64,000 nt of DNA from Planctomycetota bacterium (GTDB taxonomy: Bacteria; Planctomycetota; SZUA-567; H5-PLA8). The notes beneath the pieces are model-generated. The model made no database searches. It saw only the letters and a program-made list of their open reading frames with translations, and was not told the origin of the DNA. The DNA is taken from positions 1 to 64,000 of the forward strand of contig JBBRPR010000014.1 of the NCBI GenBank assembly GCA_038227875.1, in the 5' to 3' direction. Positions 46,330 through 56,804 of this stretch are shown here, one piece after another (within the stretch, counting starts at the first letter, position 1; every line of letters begins with the position of its first letter). The translations under genes and the position numbers were made by a program.

Positions 46330-47940
46330 TCACGGTATTTCCTGCGTCTTCGGATTCGGTTCCTTCGTGGTGGATTTGCCGGAGACGGATTCTTCGGGAA
46401 CGAAGTTGGTCGCGTTCACTTCGCCGCCTTTAACGGTCACCTTTATGTTGCCGGTGTAGACCTGCGCGATGGGCGTGGTGCCGTTGCCGGGGACGACGCA
46501 GATGCCGATACGCTGGTTTTTGAAGATGCCTTTCAGATCGGCGCGGCCCAGGCGCGGGTCGCCGGTGCGGTCGAACTGGCCGGCGAGGATCTTGATCGAG
46601 ATGCCGGATGCGGTGACCTTCACCGAGAGATTCTTGGCCTGGCGCGTTTTGCCGGTGAAGCCGCCGCCCTTGATGATGATGTCCGTATCGTCGCCGCCAT
46701 CGGACGCGAACATGCGGCCGAAGCGGTTGCGGTTGTAGACGAAGACGATGCGGTCGCCGGCGCGGGCGGTGATGTTGGAGAAGGTGACGTTGAGCGTGTC
46801 GGCCTTCTCGTCGCCGATGCCGGCTTCAATCGGGATGATCTTCTTGTTGAAGCTGAACTTGAGCGTCGGCACGACCGTGGCGCCGACGATGATGTTGTCC
46901 TGCGCCACAGCCGTGGCGCCGGCGCCATCGGCGACCGTGCAGCGCACGGCGTAAATTCCCGGCAGCGCGTAAGTATGGTTGGCGGACGAGGAAATACCGG
47001 TGACGACCGTGCCGTCGCCGAAGTCGTAGATTTCATTGGCGAAAGCGGACTGGCCGGTTTCCGGATCGACCGCGTTGGGCTGCAATGTGATTTTCTGGCC
47101 GACGGCGGGAGTGAAGGCGTCGGAGGACATGCCGTCGGTCACCGGCGCCAGGTTGTTGCTGCCAAACGCGCAGCGGAAGACGCGGCCGACGGAATTGGTG
47201 CCGCGGGCCGGTTCGCCCGGAACGTCGCGGGGCGTGACGATGGTGTAGTAGTAGCCGAGCACCGTCGGGCGGAATTTTACCGTCTGAATTCCCGTGATCG
47301 ACGAACTGAACAACCCCGTGGCGGTGGATGTCACGCCGGTGGTGCGCACTTCGCACTTCGGTTTTTTCTCGCCGCGGCCCGTCTGCGTCCAGGTGTAGCG
47401 CACAATCTGGCCGGGCTGAATGTCCGCTCCAAAGGACTGGTTGACGAACGGCGTGCCGCGCACGCGCGTGTTGCGGGCGCGGATATCGATGCTCAGCGTG
47501 TACGTCGCCGGATTGGTAATGCCCCGCGCCGTGACCTGAAAGGAGTACGTCACGATCTGCGGCGTGGTGTTCTCCGGGACGGTGAACTGCAGCAGTCCCG
47601 TGTTTGGATCGAATCGATCGATGGTGACCACGTCGCTGAGCGGAGTCATGTTGATGAAAATCGGCTGCGCGCCTGGATCAAAGCCCACGACCACATAGTT
47701 GAATGAACCCGGCCGCACGACGAGAATCTGGTTCCAGGAGAACGGATCGTTCAGCGGCACCGCGCCCGAAGGACCGTCGCGCGGCCCGACCGGCGAGGGT
47801 GGCGGCGTCGCGGCGGCATAATCAGGAAACGACGGATGCAGCACCGGCGCGGGCGCATCGTCAGCCGCACGCAGCAGGGAGAAACTCAGCACACCGCACA
47901 GCACTGCGAAGATCCGGGACATGTTGCGAGACAATTTCAT
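46330..47940 (-). CDS. Secreted PKD/Ig-like domain protein
   Basis: Signal peptide; YDFGDGT...HTYALPGIYAVRCTV PKD signature. Confidence 0.82.
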   Translation of the reverse strand: MKLSRNMSRIFAVLCGVLSFSLLRAADDAPAPVLHPSFPDYAAATPPPSPVGPRDGPSGAVPLNDPFSWNQILVVRPGSFNYVVVGFDPGAQPIFINMTPLSDVVTIDRFDPNTGLLQFTVPENTTPQIVTYSFQVTARGITNPATYTLSIDIRARNTRVRGTPFVNQSFGADIQPGQIVRYTWTQTGRGEKKPKCEVRTTGVTSTATGLFSSSITGIQTVKFRPTVLGYYYTIVTPRDVPGEPARGTNSVGRVFRCAFGSNNLAPVTDGMSSDAFTPAVGQKITLQPNAVDPETGQSAFANEIYDFGDGTVVTGISSSANHTYALPGIYAVRCTVADGAGATAVAQDNIIVGATVVPTLKFSFNKKIIPIEAGIGDEKADTLNVTFSNITARAGDRIVFVYNRNRFGRMFASDGGDDTDIIIKGGGFTGKTRQAKNLSVKVTASGISIKILAGQFDRTGDPRLGRADLKGIFKNQRIGICVVPGNGTTPIAQVYTGNIKVTVKGGEVNATNFVPEESVSGKSTTKEPNPKTQEIP

Positions 47941-48361
47941 TCCTCGCCTTTCACGTTGACAGCCCATTCCAATTTTTCCACACTCCAAGTTCCGGGAACT
48001 GTTCCACGGAATTGGCCGCACTGTTCGTGCACTCTGATGAACGAATGCCTTACCAGCATCCCGTTGTTCGTCCCTCTGCCTGCGCCGTGAAACACCTTTA
48101 CTCCGAGCGTTTCGCGGAGAAACCGGGCAGAATCGACGTTTTACCGGGCTGCCCACATCCTACGGCATGAGGCGGCGGAATAAAAGACGCGGTACGGGTC
48201 CGCCGGCTTCATGTATCGGTTTTATTTCAGAAGTTCGATAGGCGCCAGCACTGGCGAGTATCCATAAAAGGGTCGCGCTGGCAATGTATCACAGGCGCCC
48301 CGGGTCACTCAGCGCGGGGGATGGCGTGCTGATTTCCAAGACCGTGGACTGGAGTGCCTCG

Positions 48362-48400
48362 AAAAAAAGCAGGCGCGGCCATTTCTGGTCGCGCCTGCAC
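48362..48400 (-). terminator. Intrinsic terminator after the EF-hand gene
   Basis: Minus strand gcaggcgcgacc-agaaat-ggccgcgcctgc-ttttttt. Confidence 0.85.
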
Positions 48401-48425
48401 TTCCCTGGCTTGTAACGCGTCAGTA

Positions 48426-48830
48426 CTACTTCTTCTCGCGCTTCTCCCGACGGTGATGCAGCCGTTCGCCCAGGCGATGATACAGCACCGGGTCGCTGGC
48501 CTTCAGAGCCGCGTAAGCCTTGCGGAATTCGCCGTCGTCAACCTTGCCGTCCTTGTTGGTGTCGAGCTTCGCGCGCAAGGCCTGGAGCGCTTTGCGCTGT
48601 TCGCCGTGATCGATCTTGCCGTCTTTATCGGCATCGATCGCGCCAATCTCTTCGTCGAGCGCCGCGCGGAGCTCCCCGTGGTCGAGCTTGCCGTCCTTAT
48701 CGGTGTCCAATTCCGGATCCTTCTCCGCCGCGCGTTCGCGCCGGCGTTCTTCAGAAGCCGTCGCCTTCGTGGCGGTGAACGTCAACAGGGTCAGCATGGC
48801 CAGCAGCGCAAGAGCAGTAGTCCGGAACAT
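48426..48830 (-). CDS. Secreted EF-hand calcium-binding protein
   Basis: Signal peptide; DTDKDGKLDHGE, DADKDGKIDHGE, DTNKDGKVDDGE. Confidence 0.9.
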   Translation of the reverse strand: MFRTTALALLAMLTLLTFTATKATASEERRRERAAEKDPELDTDKDGKLDHGELRAALDEEIGAIDADKDGKIDHGEQRKALQALRAKLDTNKDGKVDDGEFRKAYAALKASDPVLYHRLGERLHHRREKREKK

Positions 48831-48955
48831 CGGCGATCTCCAATCCAATAAAAGGGGTGTTTTTAACCAGTGACATTAACAAGGAGGCCATATATACCGG
48901 TTGCGTTGGTCAATTTGTGAACTATTTTTCCGCCGTGAGCTTACGTCCCCAATCC

Positions 48956-49888
48956 ATGCGCTTCATTCAGACGCTACTTGTTGTTTGGATTGGACTTGCG
49001 ACCGCGCAGGCCGCCGATCCCTGGCCCCCGTCTCTTCGCAATCTAACAGTCTGGGAAGGCACCTACCCGCCCGAAACGCTCGACGAAAACCTCGCCGAAC
49101 CCGGCACGTTCGTGGCGGTCGGCGCGTCGTTGATGCTCGGCCTGATTTTGTTCGTCGCGGTGAGCTCCATGATGCGCGGTCGCAGGCCGCGTTTCTCGCT
49201 GCGCGTGGCGCTGGCGTTCATGATTGCGGCGGGGATTTTTTTGTTCGGTGGCGTGCCGATGTGGAGTACGGATCGCGCGTCAGATCATGTTGCATGGAAA
49301 AGGAAAGTGCGTCAGTCGTTGAATACGCCTGTTTACGCAGGCATTGACGATATGACACTTCCGCAAGCGGCGAGATCAATTCAAACTCAATCTCGCATTT
49401 TTATTGTTGTCAGTCCGTCGTTAGCCAATGAACCAATAAAGACGCCATTGGAATTCGATCACGTTAGATTGTCCGATGCTCTCGATAAACTTTGCGAGCG
49501 TGTCAAAGCTAAGTGGTCCGTCTGCAACGGTGCCATCTTCATTTATCCTGAGAATGTTTTGCCTCCTCAGCAACGGGTACCTCACGCGGACGAACCCTGG
49601 CAGTTGAACGTTGAGACCTCTATCCAGCGGCGTGTCAGTCTTGAATTTTTCGACATGCCCTTCGACGAAGGTGTGAACTTTATAAGTGAAATTTCAGGAG
49701 TGGAGATACGAATCAGTCCAGACCTGCGTGAGGCAACACCGGTTATCCAATTTTGCCCAGTAAGTGAAATGCGCGTGGACGACGCCCTCACGTGGATGTG
49801 CCTGCTCGCCGACGCCCAATGGTCCCTCCGCAAAGGCCCCGACGGCAAAGGCGAAATCTACATCTCCCCCCGCGAACGGGAAAAATAG
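48956..49888 (+). CDS. Hypothetical membrane protein with RFSLR motif and two STN-like domains
   Basis: Signal peptide, TM-RRPRFSLR-TM, two repeats of L..ALD.LC....W type. Confidence 0.7.
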   Translation: MRFIQTLLVVWIGLATAQAADPWPPSLRNLTVWEGTYPPETLDENLAEPGTFVAVGASLMLGLILFVAVSSMMRGRRPRFSLRVALAFMIAAGIFLFGGVPMWSTDRASDHVAWKRKVRQSLNTPVYAGIDDMTLPQAARSIQTQSRIFIVVSPSLANEPIKTPLEFDHVRLSDALDKLCERVKAKWSVCNGAIFIYPENVLPPQQRVPHADEPWQLNVETSIQRRVSLEFFDMPFDEGVNFISEISGVEIRISPDLREATPVIQFCPVSEMRVDDALTWMCLLADAQWSLRKGPDGKGEIYISPREREK

Positions 49889-50033
49889 TTTGAACTCCAT
49901 CGTGAAGCAGCACGTTGCACCTGCGCAACGTCAATATAATCAGAAAACACATGTTTATTGGATAAAAATTCTATTCTCTAATGGATAATCCATATCGTAT
50001 AGTCCATTCAACGCATAAATGAGGAGCCTTACT

Positions 50034-50906
50034 ATGTCCGCAATCGCCAAACTCAGCCCTAATCCAGTCAATGGACATCATGCTCGAAAGAGCATCGGCA
50101 ATACACAATTCAAAGGACCTCTTGAAAATCTTCCCTACCCCACTGGCCCCGTCTCAACGCAGGAAGCGGTCAAGTCGATGTACGAGGACGGTTACGCCAT
50201 CCTCCCCAAAGTGCTGAACCGCGCCGAGGTCGCCGAGTTCCGGAAATTCATCGATCAATCCGGCGGTGATGATGCTCAGTATCAGGTCAAAGACTGGTGC
50301 TTCAATAAACAACTACCGATGAACTTTCATCGGGATCCGGCCATTCTCAAATACATGGATCCAGAACCGCTGATGCCAGTGTTGGATCAAATTCTGGGAC
50401 CCGATGGCCACGTCATTTCCGGTTCGATGTGGGTCACGGGTTCCGGGCGAAGCATGGGCATTCACGCCGATCATCTGTACTACAGCCTGCCTGAGGACAT
50501 CCACAGCGACCCGCGTTTTACGTTGCCCATTTTTTCAGTTTCGGCCCATCTCTACCTGAACGATATGACGGCGGAACTGGGACCGACCATACTCATCCCC
50601 GGCAGCCATCGCGCGGGTCGGCCGCCGAGCGATGAATGCACATGGAACGGCATCACGCCAAAAGCCGTCATGGTCCAGGCCGGCGACATCTGCCTTTTCC
50701 GCCACGAAATCTGGCACGGCGCATGGGGCAATACCAGCAAAACCGATCGCCGCTACATGGTTCAGGTTGCATATGCGCACACGACAATTGCAACCTGGGG
50801 CAATCCTTCGCTGCGCTTCAAGGAACTCTACAATCCGGAAGTCCTGTCAAGCCTGACGCCGCGCCAGGCCCGCCTGCTGGGACCGGAGTTCAGTCCGAGT
50901 TACTGA
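50034..50906 (+). CDS. Phytanoyl-CoA dioxygenase family protein
   Basis: EDGY, HAD, GPTILIPGSH, GDICLF...WHG, R. Confidence 0.9.
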   Translation: MSAIAKLSPNPVNGHHARKSIGNTQFKGPLENLPYPTGPVSTQEAVKSMYEDGYAILPKVLNRAEVAEFRKFIDQSGGDDAQYQVKDWCFNKQLPMNFHRDPAILKYMDPEPLMPVLDQILGPDGHVISGSMWVTGSGRSMGIHADHLYYSLPEDIHSDPRFTLPIFSVSAHLYLNDMTAELGPTILIPGSHRAGRPPSDECTWNGITPKAVMVQAGDICLFRHEIWHGAWGNTSKTDRRYMVQVAYAHTTIATWGNPSLRFKELYNPEVLSSLTPRQARLLGPEFSPSY

Positions 50907-51029
50907 TTCCCAACACAGCCCGTCCATCGGCTTCGCGCATTTCGTTTCGCTGGCGCCGACGACGATCAGTTCGCCGTAGGCAAACGATTGATTCTAGCGA
51001 AAAAAGACTGTTCCTGTACAAGGTGCCGC

Positions 51030-53336
51030 ATGGGTGACCGCGGCTATCTCCCCCTCTTCCTATGTACTCTTGCTGCTTGTGCGTGTTGCGAAGCGGCGCA
51101 AGTCACTGGCGACGTGCTTCACGTGAGCGTCGATGGAACGACGGAGTATGCGATACTCCTTGCCGCCGACGCGTCCGTTGCAGAGAAGCACGCGGCCGAC
51201 GAGCTGGGCGCATACCTCAAACAGGTAACGGGCGCGGAATTTCAACGCGTGGCGAAGGCCCCGGATGGGAAGCCGGTCCTCGCGGTCGGTGCCGGCGCGG
51301 CGTTGGCAATCGAGCCGGGAATTGATCTGAAGGACCTCGGGCCGGAGGGCAACGTCATCCGGATGACCGGGAAGAACATCATTCTTTCCGGTGGCGAGGG
51401 CGCGCCCCGCGGGACGCTCTACGCGGTCTACGCGTTTCTCGAAGATTTCGTCGACATTCATTGGTGGACGCCGGATGCGACGCAAATTCCGAAGCAGCCA
51501 AATCTCGTGATTGCGCCTCGCGATAGTCGTTATCGCCCGGTGTTCGAATACCGCGACCCGTTCATCAAAAGTGCGTTTGATCCGGATTTTGCGGTCCGCA
51601 ACCGCATCAATGGACTCTACCGCGATTTCGGCGACGCGCGCGGCGGAGCGATGTCGTATGCGAATTCGTTCGTTCACACGATGTATGACCTGGTCCCTCC
51701 GAAGGAGCATTTTGAAAAACATCCGGAGTGGTTTGCGGAGATCAACGGCAAGCGGACGGGCGGGGGATCCCAGTTGTGCGTGAGTAACCCCGAACTGCAA
51801 GCGTTTACGAAGCAGCGGGTGCGCGCATGGATCAAGGCCAATCCTCACGCGTCGATCGTCTCCGTATCGCAGAACGACTTCCCGATTCCCTGCCAGTGCA
51901 AACAATGCAAGGCGATTGAAGAGGAAGAAGGCAGCGCCGCGGGCCCGCTGCTGCGTTTTGTCAACGCCATCGCGTTGGATCTCGAAGCCGATTATCCGCA
52001 CATCGCCGTGGATACGCTTGCCTACCAATACAGCCGCAAGGCGCCGAAGATCACGAAGCCACGCGATAACGTCATCATCCGGTTGTGCTCGATTGAATGT
52101 TCGTTCCTGCAGCCGCTGGACAGCGCGGCCAATCAGAGTTTCCGCGCGGACATTGAGGCCTGGTCGAAGATCGCGAAGAAGCTGTACGTGTGGGATTACG
52201 TCGTTAACTTTTCGCATTTCCTCGCACCGCATCCGAATCTGCGCGTGTTGGAGCCAAACATTCGCTTTTTTGCGGAACACCGCGTGGCTGGAATTCTCGA
52301 GCAGGGCGACAACCGGGCGCACTGCGGCGAATTTGCAGAGTTGAAAGCCTGGGTGCTGGCCAAATTGCTGTGGAACCCGCAGCTCAAGGCCGACGCCTTG
52401 ATCGATCAGTTCCTGCGCGGTTATTACGGCGACGCGGCTCCATCGGTACGGGCCTGCATCGACCTGTTGCACAACACTGCGGAGCCGACCGGTTACTATT
52501 TGAAAATGGACGATGAAATGACCGCGCCGTATCTAACGGTGGAGTTGCTTGGGAAATCCGAAGCGCTGTTGCAAGCGGCGTTGAAAGCGGTGGACGGCGA
52601 TCCTGTCCTGAAGCGGCGCGTGGAATGCGTTCAGCTGGGCGCGCGTTACGCCGCGGTCGTGCTCTGGCTGCAACTCCAGCGCGATGCGGCGCTGCGTGGC
52701 GCCGACTGGCCATTTTCGCGGACCCGGGATGAGTTGATCGCGGAGATCCGCCGCGTCTACACCGACAATAAAATCGAAGCGATGTTTGAAGACTGGAGTG
52801 GCGATCCTCGGCCGCACATCGACACGTTCGCGCTTCGCTATGGCAGCCGGAAGAAAGCCGTGCGCCCTGCCGGATTTGAACAGACCGGCGCCGCTGACTT
52901 TATCGATCTGCAAGATGAAAGCGCGACGATCTGGGGGCGGCCCGAAAAAGGGGACTGGGCGCCCGACGCGAAGGCCTCCGACGGGAAAGCGATCTGGATG
53001 CCGTGCACGTACTACTCGTGGAGTTTCTATCTGCCGCTGAGCGCCCCGGTGGTGAACTGGGCCGCCGGGAGCGAGTGGACGGTTTATGCCGCCGTCCGCG
53101 CCACCAGGAAGGGCAACGAAGGGAATGCGTTCAGTCTTGGGATCTATGACAACGCAAACAAGCGCGACCTTGCGACCGTCGTCACACCGTGTCGTGACGT
53201 GACGGGCGAATATCAGATCTACAAAGTGGGGGCGATCAAGCCGGCGGCTGGGATTTACTTCTGGGCGTCGCCAGCCAACAATCCCGGCAATGCGGAAGCG
53301 GTGTGGGTGGATCGCTGGTTTTTGGTACGCCGCTGA
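51030..53336 (+). CDS. DUF4838 domain protein (putative glycoside hydrolase)
   Basis: AADEL..YL, RGTLYAVYAFLE, HPEWFA, QLCVSNP, SQND..C.C..C, TLAY, WDY. Confidence 0.85.
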   Translation: MGDRGYLPLFLCTLAACACCEAAQVTGDVLHVSVDGTTEYAILLAADASVAEKHAADELGAYLKQVTGAEFQRVAKAPDGKPVLAVGAGAALAIEPGIDLKDLGPEGNVIRMTGKNIILSGGEGAPRGTLYAVYAFLEDFVDIHWWTPDATQIPKQPNLVIAPRDSRYRPVFEYRDPFIKSAFDPDFAVRNRINGLYRDFGDARGGAMSYANSFVHTMYDLVPPKEHFEKHPEWFAEINGKRTGGGSQLCVSNPELQAFTKQRVRAWIKANPHASIVSVSQNDFPIPCQCKQCKAIEEEEGSAAGPLLRFVNAIALDLEADYPHIAVDTLAYQYSRKAPKITKPRDNVIIRLCSIECSFLQPLDSAANQSFRADIEAWSKIAKKLYVWDYVVNFSHFLAPHPNLRVLEPNIRFFAEHRVAGILEQGDNRAHCGEFAELKAWVLAKLLWNPQLKADALIDQFLRGYYGDAAPSVRACIDLLHNTAEPTGYYLKMDDEMTAPYLTVELLGKSEALLQAALKAVDGDPVLKRRVECVQLGARYAAVVLWLQLQRDAALRGADWPFSRTRDELIAEIRRVYTDNKIEAMFEDWSGDPRPHIDTFALRYGSRKKAVRPAGFEQTGAADFIDLQDESATIWGRPEKGDWAPDAKASDGKAIWMPCTYYSWSFYLPLSAPVVNWAAGSEWTVYAAVRATRKGNEGNAFSLGIYDNANKRDLATVVTPCRDVTGEYQIYKVGAIKPAAGIYFWASPANNPGNAEAVWVDRWFLVRR

Positions 53337-53352
53337 ACCGTGACCCCGCTCC

Positions 53353-55845
53353 TCACGGCTGAACGTCGATCGTGAACTTCTGCGTCGCCGTCCCGACATG
53401 TTCCGTGGTCGTCGACGCCACTTTCTCGTCGCCCCACTTGAGCGCCCCCTCATCCAGTTTTCGGACCTCGCGATCAATCGCGGCGCTCACCACGACCTCC
53501 GCGCTGCCCGCCGCGTCCGGCGTACCTGACAGCACGCCCGTCGCCGCGTCGATCTTCAACCACGCCGGGCCTTGCTGGATGGAATACTTCGGTTTTTCGA
53601 CATCCCAGAAGCTCGCCGTCTCCCCACCGTTGATCACACGCATGCGCAGATCGCCCAACGAACGGTTGGCGGCGAGTTGGAATTTGAAGTCGGCTTTGAC
53701 TTTTGCCGCCGTCAGCGGCGTGCTGAAAATCACTGGGCGCGGCGCCGTCGCGTAGTCCGACGGCCCGCTGCGTTTCTCCTGATTGTCGATCGCCACCACG
53801 CGGTAATACGTCTTGTTGGCCGCCGGCAATTTCACACCAGGGCCGAGCACCGCCAACTCCGTCGCCGTGGTTTCCGCGATGAAGTTCGCCGGAAATTGCG
53901 GCGGCAGCTCTTTCGTCGTGCCGATCGGCGCCGTGTACGGAACGTCGCTGATCGAAAACCCTTTCTCATCGCTGCCATAGACGCGGTACTTCACCGGCGC
54001 GCGGCCGGCCGGATTGGCCTTCCAGCGCAGCGTGCCGATCGATTTGTCCTTGTCGAAATCCACCGCAACGTCGAGCGGATACTCCGGCGCGTGCGCGGTA
54101 AAGCTCCACGTTTTGCTCCACGGACCCCACACGCCCTTGTCGTTCTTCGCGCGCACATGCCAGTAGTATTTTTTCTCCGACGCCAGCAGCCCGGGCATCG
54201 GCAGCGTAAATTGCGCCTTGCCCTTGTCGCCGGTTCGCGAGATCAGCTTGTAAAAACTCGTCGAAAGCGGCCATTTCATGTCGGGCCGGTTGGCGAGTTC
54301 GAAGTGATAATCCGCGATCGTGTTTCCACCAAGATCGCTGGCCGGCGCCCACTGGAAAACGAGCTCCGTGCCGCTGCTCTCACCGTCGTCGGCCGGAGCA
54401 ATGGCGGCTGGCGGCGCCGCCGGCGGTTTGGCTAGCGATCGTTCGACCCAACTATGCGTAATCCGTATCTGCCGCTCGCCCTTCGTTTCGTCCGTGTAGA
54501 CAAACGCGTTCTCGCCCACCTTCATCGACGGCAGCGCGAACGGCGCCATCTGGATGTCATTGACGATGCGCACTTTTTTAAGCTGCGCGTCTCCGGCGAG
54601 CTGACACTTTAATTTGTACTCGTACACCGCCGGACCTTCCGGCGTAAAGAACGCATCGAGATTCGCCCCCGCATCTTTCCACGTCTTCCCATCCGTGGAG
54701 ACCGCGAACTTCGCGCCCGCCGGTTCCGCTTCGATCCGGCCTCCGACGAAAACATAGGGACTCTTGATCGTCCAGGTCAGCGTGCCCGTCTTTCCGGACT
54801 CCGCCGTGAGCACCCCGCCAGATGCCGCGACGTTCTCAACCGCCGCGCCTTTGCGCCAGAGCTCCTTCGAAAAATCCGGCTGGTACTCCCAATTGCCGTT
54901 GTAGATCGTGTCCGGGTACAGCGGCTTGCGACCGCGGAATTTTCCCGGATTCAAATGCCCCCAGCGCCACGTGATCGCTTCGCCCGGGCGCAACGTCATG
55001 TTCATGGACGTGTCCATCTTCGCGTTGCGATCGCCGCCGATCGCGCCTTCAAAGACGTGCCGCGACGACTCGTACTGCTCCGAACTGCGCGTCTCCGGCT
55101 GCAGAATCCCCTGCGTGTGCGTGCGCGCAATCAGATCGTGATCGCGCACGATCTCCTGTTCGCTGGCGATCGTCTCGTTGTCGCGCAGCAGATAAAGCGT
55201 GTGCTCGTCGCCGTCCAGCAGATGCCAGCGCCCGTCGAAAAAAGCCTGCGTGATGCAGTGCCCGATCACCAGCGCCGGCGCGATTTTCAGACCGGCCGTT
55301 TTCCACAATCCGGCCATGCAGATCGAATCGTTGCCGCAGGTGTTGTGCCCGTAGATGTTGAAGACTTTGACCGGATCGCCCAGCTCCGTGTTGTCGCCGG
55401 CCCAATGGTAGCGGTGCTGTATCTCCTGAAACCACAACGCCATCGCCTTCTCGCGGTCCTGCATTCCCGGCGTCACGGCCAACGCCACAAGCTCCGCGAT
55501 CGTGCGCCCGGTGCGGCCATTCGAAAGCCACGGGTTCACCACGTCGCTCTCGCCCGTGTTCTCCAGCCGCACCGAACGGTTGGATTCCCACGTCTGCTCA
55601 AGGACGCCCTCGCGCGACAGCCCGCAGCCCAGCGGCGAGCGGCAGTTCTCGCCATCCATCGTCCCGCCCTGTGTGACCGTGTATTTATGGGGCGAGGACG
55701 TCGTGACCGTTTCGACGTGCTGCTTCGGCGCGTCGCTCGGTTGCGTCATCGACGCCCACGGTTCGCCGCCCTCGCTGGCCGACGCGTTCGCCGCGAGCAG
55801 CAGCACAAGACAATACGCAAAGCGAAATTTCGGTGGCGTGATCAC
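53353..55845 (-). CDS. Secreted transglutaminase-like protein with FN3 and Ig domains
   Basis: GGAGG RBS before GTG 55845, signal peptide; TCGN...GHCITQAFFDGRWHLLDGD; YYWHVRA..GPWS; IDAATGVLSGTP. Confidence 0.72.
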   Translation of the reverse strand: MITPPKFRFAYCLVLLLAANASASEGGEPWASMTQPSDAPKQHVETVTTSSPHKYTVTQGGTMDGENCRSPLGCGLSREGVLEQTWESNRSVRLENTGESDVVNPWLSNGRTGRTIAELVALAVTPGMQDREKAMALWFQEIQHRYHWAGDNTELGDPVKVFNIYGHNTCGNDSICMAGLWKTAGLKIAPALVIGHCITQAFFDGRWHLLDGDEHTLYLLRDNETIASEQEIVRDHDLIARTHTQGILQPETRSSEQYESSRHVFEGAIGGDRNAKMDTSMNMTLRPGEAITWRWGHLNPGKFRGRKPLYPDTIYNGNWEYQPDFSKELWRKGAAVENVAASGGVLTAESGKTGTLTWTIKSPYVFVGGRIEAEPAGAKFAVSTDGKTWKDAGANLDAFFTPEGPAVYEYKLKCQLAGDAQLKKVRIVNDIQMAPFALPSMKVGENAFVYTDETKGERQIRITHSWVERSLAKPPAAPPAAIAPADDGESSGTELVFQWAPASDLGGNTIADYHFELANRPDMKWPLSTSFYKLISRTGDKGKAQFTLPMPGLLASEKKYYWHVRAKNDKGVWGPWSKTWSFTAHAPEYPLDVAVDFDKDKSIGTLRWKANPAGRAPVKYRVYGSDEKGFSISDVPYTAPIGTTKELPPQFPANFIAETTATELAVLGPGVKLPAANKTYYRVVAIDNQEKRSGPSDYATAPRPVIFSTPLTAAKVKADFKFQLAANRSLGDLRMRVINGGETASFWDVEKPKYSIQQGPAWLKIDAATGVLSGTPDAAGSAEVVVSAAIDREVRKLDEGALKWGDEKVASTTTEHVGTATQKFTIDVQP

Positions 55846-55938
55846 GAGCTGAGCCTCCAGTAGTGCTGCTAGCCTACGCCCGAACCTGCACACGTATTTA
55901 GACAGAAACGACTCTGCATTTATCAAATCATGACAACG

Positions 55939-56787
55939 CTACAGCGCCGAGGGTCGTTCCCGAAATTCGCTCGGATTGAGTTTCGTCTCGCGCAGGAACC
56001 AGCGCGAAAATCCGTGAATCGTCGGGAAGCCCAGCGTCTCTGCCACCTCCGTCACGTTCATGCCGCCTGCCGCCAGCATGTCCTTGGCGCGCGCCAGGCG
56101 CCGCCGCGTGACGTACACATGCGGCGTGCAGCCCATCACCGCGGAGAACTGCCGGAAAAACTGACGCGGCGAAAGTGCCGCCACTTCCGCCATTTCGCGA
56201 ATGTCCGGCGGCGACGTCAGGCATTCGTCGATCAGCTTCAGCACGGTGTCCAGCTTCCCCTTCGCCTCCGTCCAATCGTGCTCGCCCGGCATTTCACCTT
56301 TCGCGCCCGGCCAGACCGCAATGATCTCCGCCAGCGTGCTCAGCACCCCCAGCGACTGCTCCCGCCCCGTCGCGCACAACCATGCCACGCGCCGCATCGA
56401 GCGGATCAGCAGCCGCGGCGGCGCCGCCAAATGACAGAGCGTCGGAAACGCGCGATGCGTTACCGCCGGCGCGCGGGTCGAGACGGAAAGTTTGAACGTC
56501 AGCACTTCGGAGTCCGCGTTGAGGATCGTCAGCGCATGGCTGTGGCGTTCGCCCGGATAAAACACGTACGCGCTGGCCGCTTTCACCGCCATGCGCCGGC
56601 CTTCGCATTCCACGCTGCCGCCGCAGTGCAGCGCCAGATCGAACTGCATCAAATCCGCATGCGCATGCGGCAAGGTCCGCAGCAGACCCGCGTCCAGCAA
56701 TCGAGCCGCCTCGCGAATCTGCGCCGGCGCGCCGAAAACCCGCGCGCACAGTTCCCGGCGGCAGTCTTCCTGGCTGGGATTGGCCAT
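55939..56787 (-). CDS. AraC family regulator with cupin domain
   Basis: PHAH, PGERH, C-terminal HTH VTEVAETLGF..FSRWF. Confidence 0.92.
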   Translation of the reverse strand: MANPSQEDCRRELCARVFGAPAQIREAARLLDAGLLRTLPHAHADLMQFDLALHCGGSVECEGRRMAVKAASAYVFYPGERHSHALTILNADSEVLTFKLSVSTRAPAVTHRAFPTLCHLAAPPRLLIRSMRRVAWLCATGREQSLGVLSTLAEIIAVWPGAKGEMPGEHDWTEAKGKLDTVLKLIDECLTSPPDIREMAEVAALSPRQFFRQFSAVMGCTPHVYVTRRRLARAKDMLAAGGMNVTEVAETLGFPTIHGFSRWFLRETKLNPSEFRERPSAL

Positions 56788-56804
56788 CGCGAGCAACTCC
56801 TAAT

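Noticed and set aside
47941..48360. Long leader of the PKD gene as a riboswitch or ncRNA
   Set aside because: I could not match any riboswitch consensus by eye; an Rfam search would be needed.
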